A stretch of DNA of 32,000 bases. Source: Delftia acidovorans NBRC 14950. GTDB taxonomy: Bacteria > Pseudomonadota > Gammaproteobacteria > Burkholderiales > Burkholderiaceae_C. Both the position numbers and the translations under genes were made by a program. Below the pieces are notes generated by a model, which saw only the letters and a list, made by a program, of their open reading frames with translations, was not told the origin of the DNA and did not search any database. Within the stretch, counting starts at the first letter, position 1. Every line of letters begins with the position of its first letter. Where the stretch lies: the NCBI RefSeq assembly GCF_001598795.1, contig NZ_BCZP01000020.1, forward strand, positions 30,001 to 62,000, read 5' to 3'. Below are positions 29,667 through 32,000 of the stretch, one piece after another.

Positions 29667-29744
29667 TGCTTCTTTGCGCGGATCGCCCCTACAGGAGCCA
29701 CCGCGTTTTTCAGAACGCTTTACCCAAAGTTGAAGGAAGTACTC

Positions 29745-30866
29745 ATGAGCATTCCGTTCCGCATGCACACCGTCGTCGCCGCCCTGGGTTTGGCTGGTGC
29801 CGCCTTGTTCTCCACAGCGCATGCGCAAATCAAGATCGCCATGGTGGTTCCCACCACCGGCCCGCTGACGCAGTACGGCGACATGGTCAAGGAAGGCGTG
29901 AACACCGCCGTGGAAATGGCCAATGCGGCTGGCGGCGTCAATGGCAAGAAGATCGAGCTGGTGTCCGTCGATGACGCCTGCGAACCCAAGCAAGGCCCCG
30001 TGGCCGCCAACCGCGTGGTCAACGCCAAGATCGGCTACGTGATCGGCCCCGTCTGCTCGGGCGCATCGATTGCCGCCGCCCCGATCTACAACAACGAAGG
30101 CGTGGTCGTCGTGACCCCCTCGGCCACCTCCCCGGCCCTGACCGACGGCAAGAACTACCACTTCATCTTCCGCACCATCGGCCGCGATGACCAGCAGGGC
30201 CCAGCCGCCGCCAAGTTCATCCTGGAAAAGGCCAAGCCCAAGAAGGTTGCCGTGCTGCACGACAAGCAGTCGTATGGCCAGGGCATTGCCTCCTCCGTGC
30301 GCGACGACCTGAAGAAGGCCGGCGTGGAAGTGGCCCTGTTCGAAGGCATCAACGCCGGCGACAGCGACTACTCCGCCGTCATCACCAAGCTCAAGAGCGC
30401 TGGTGTGGACTTCGTCTACTACGGCGGCTACCACCCTGAAATGGGCCTGCTGCTGCGCCAGGCTTCCGAGCAGGGCCTGAAGGTCCGCATGATGGGCCCC
30501 GAAGGCGTGGGCAACCCCGAAGTCAACGCCATCGCCGGCAACGCCGTCGAAGGCATGCTGGTGACCCTGCCTGCAGACTTCTCGGCCAACCCCAAGAACG
30601 CCGCCGTGGTCAAGGCCTTCAAGGACAAGAAGCGCAATCCCTCGGGCGCCTTCCAGCTGACCGCCTTTGCCGCCACGCAAGTGCTGCTGGACAGCATCAA
30701 GGCCGTGGGCGACAGCCCCGCCAAGGTGGCTGACCACCTGCACAAGTCCAACTTCGAGACCGTTCTGGGCTCGGTGGGCTGGAACAAGCAGGGCGACCTG
30801 AAGTCCTTCGACTTCCAGGTGTTCGAATGGCACAAGGACGGCAGCAAGTCGGTCGCTGCCAAGTAA
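29745..30866 (+). CDS. Branched-chain amino-acid ABC transporter substrate-binding protein (LivJ/LivK family)
   Basis: ATG 29745 is preceded by GAAGGAAG. The signal peptide ends ...STAHA/QI. IKIAMVVPTTGPLTQYGDM...GPVCSGASIAA is typical of Leu/Ile/Val-binding proteins. The ORF-track start at 29730 is a TTG. Confidence 0.9.
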   Translation: MSIPFRMHTVVAALGLAGAALFSTAHAQIKIAMVVPTTGPLTQYGDMVKEGVNTAVEMANAAGGVNGKKIELVSVDDACEPKQGPVAANRVVNAKIGYVIGPVCSGASIAAAPIYNNEGVVVVTPSATSPALTDGKNYHFIFRTIGRDDQQGPAAAKFILEKAKPKKVAVLHDKQSYGQGIASSVRDDLKKAGVEVALFEGINAGDSDYSAVITKLKSAGVDFVYYGGYHPEMGLLLRQASEQGLKVRMMGPEGVGNPEVNAIAGNAVEGMLVTLPADFSANPKNAAVVKAFKDKKRNPSGAFQLTAFAATQVLLDSIKAVGDSPAKVADHLHKSNFETVLGSVGWNKQGDLKSFDFQVFEWHKDGSKSVAAK

Positions 30867-30883
30867 TCCCCCTCGTTGACTGG

Positions 30884-30909
30884 CCGGGGCACGCTTGCGC
30901 GTGTCCCGG
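30884..30909 (+). other. Intercistronic hairpin between the livJ-like gene and livH
   Basis: An 11-bp stem CCGGGGCACGC-TTGC-GCGTGTCCCGG (one G-U pair), followed downstream by GGCC-TTTTA-GGCC-TTTTCCTGTTTT. Confidence 0.4.
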
Positions 30910-30963
30910 TTGTCTGCATCCTGGCCTTTTAGGCCTTTTCCTGTTTTGGGGCGGCATTACACC

Positions 30964-31890
30964 ATGTCAGAACTCTTACCTCAGCTGATACAGCAGCTGT
31001 TCAACGGACTGTCCCTGGGCGCCATCTATGCCCTGATCGCCATCGGCTACACAATGGTCTACGGCATCATCGGGATGATCAACTTCGCCCACGGCGACAT
31101 CTACATGATCGGCGCCTACATCGGCCTGGTCACGCTGTCGGCCATCGGCACGACAAGCGGCCTGCCCGTGTGGGCCATCATCGGCCTGATGCTGGTGGTG
31201 TCGGTCTTCGTCACCGGCGTCTACGGCCTGGTGGTGGAACAGGTGGCCTACAAGCCGCTGCGCCGCAGCCCGCGCCTGGTGGCCCTGATCTCGGCCATCG
31301 GCATGTCCATCTTCCTGCAGAACTGGGTGGCCCTGGGCCAGGGCGCGCGCGACATGGCCGTGCCCTCGCTGCTGCCGGGCGCGCTGCGTTTCGGCGCCGA
31401 AGGTGGCTTCGAGATCTATGCGCCCTACTCGCGCATCCTGATCATCGTGGTCGCCATCGTGCTCATGGTGCTGCTGACGCTGTACATCCGCCATTCCCGC
31501 ATGGGCCGTGCCTCGCGCGCCTGCGCCCAGGACATGCACATGGCCAGCCTGCTGGGCATCGACACCAACCGCGTGATCTCGTTCACCTTCGTGCTGGGCG
31601 CCATGCTGGCGGCCGTGGGCGGCGTGCTGATCGCGCTGGCCGTGGGCAAGCTCAACCCGTTCATCGGCTTTCTGGCCGGCATCAAGGCCTTCACGGCGGC
31701 GGTGCTGGGCGGCATCGGCTCCATCCCCGGCGCCATGCTGGGCGGCGTGCTGCTGGGCGTGGCCGAGACCTTTGCGGCAGCCTACATCTCGTCCGAGTAC
31801 AAAGACATCGTGGCCTTCGGCCTGCTGGTGCTGATCCTGCTGTTCCGCCCCACGGGCCTGCTGGGCAAGCCTGAAGTGGAGAAGGTCTGA
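30964..31890 (+). CDS. livH: Branched-chain amino-acid ABC transporter permease LivH
   Basis: LIQQLFNGLSLGAIYALIAIGYTMVYGIIGMINFAHGDIYMIGAY is almost identical in pattern to the E. coli LivH N-terminus. 308 aa. Confidence 0.92.
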   Translation: MSELLPQLIQQLFNGLSLGAIYALIAIGYTMVYGIIGMINFAHGDIYMIGAYIGLVTLSAIGTTSGLPVWAIIGLMLVVSVFVTGVYGLVVEQVAYKPLRRSPRLVALISAIGMSIFLQNWVALGQGARDMAVPSLLPGALRFGAEGGFEIYAPYSRILIIVVAIVLMVLLTLYIRHSRMGRASRACAQDMHMASLLGIDTNRVISFTFVLGAMLAAVGGVLIALAVGKLNPFIGFLAGIKAFTAAVLGGIGSIPGAMLGGVLLGVAETFAAAYISSEYKDIVAFGLLVLILLFRPTGLLGKPEVEKV

Positions 31891-32000
31891 TGAAAGCCAA
31901 ACCCACCTTGAACCTGCGCGACGCCCTGATCGCCACGGTGATGACCGCCGTGGTCGTCACGCCCATCTTCGGCCTGCACCTGGAGCGCGCCGGCACCCGT
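31890..32000 (+). CDS. livM: Branched-chain amino-acid ABC transporter permease LivM, 5' fragment (continues beyond the window)
   Basis: ATG 31890 overlaps the livH TGA (ATGA coupling). The frame stays open to the window end (MKAKPTLNLRDALIATVMTAVVVTPIFGLHLERAG), and the gene order livJ-livH-livM is canonical. Confidence 0.75.
   Translation, partial: MKAKPTLNLRDALIATVMTAVVVTPIFGLHLERAGTR

Overview
High-GC (roughly 65%) chromosomal DNA that reads like core or housekeeping genome of a betaproteobacterium. The Comamonadaceae-like flavour of the proteins is an inference only. I support 29 protein-coding genes:
- a TRAP permease 3' end and a LysR regulator divergent from a short-form argC
- an SGNH hydrolase, an acyl-CoA thioesterase and ETF-ubiquinone oxidoreductase
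- a three-gene PF04392-type ABC uptake operon
- a cupin/AraC/DHA2-MFS/LysR block
- a very enterobacterial-looking lysP
- a tightly packed Lrp-AraC-VOC string
- an orphan 7TM histidine kinase, a YdcZ-type DMT protein, a LysR regulator and an acyl-CoA synthetase
- gcvT-gcvH-gcvP
- a PAS-PAS hybrid histidine kinase whose stop overlaps the start of rluA
- the start of a livJ/H/M branched-chain amino-acid ABC operon

The one clear RNA element is a tandem glycine riboswitch in front of gcvT. Several intrinsic terminators and intercistronic hairpins are directly visible. I saw no rRNA, tRNA, CRISPR array, transposase, integrase, phage gene or defence-type gene, and no compositional island.

I did not find convincing evidence for a novel multi-gene system. 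The signals that the gene list does not explain are all non-coding:
- an attenuator-like structured leader in front of lysP that is not an L-box
- a perfect 15-bp GC hairpin stranded in about 440 nt of non-coding DNA between the lrp-like gene and the 7TM kinase
- a compact three-way-junction fold after rluA
- a long A/C-skewed leader in front of the PF04392 ABC operon
- near-consensus Lrp boxes at the lrp-like promoter and the livJ leader

The many long ORFs antisense to real genes are high-GC artefacts. The ORF track translates GTG/TTG starts as M, so several listed starts are N-terminal over-extensions. I re-picked starts from RBS context and domain boundaries.
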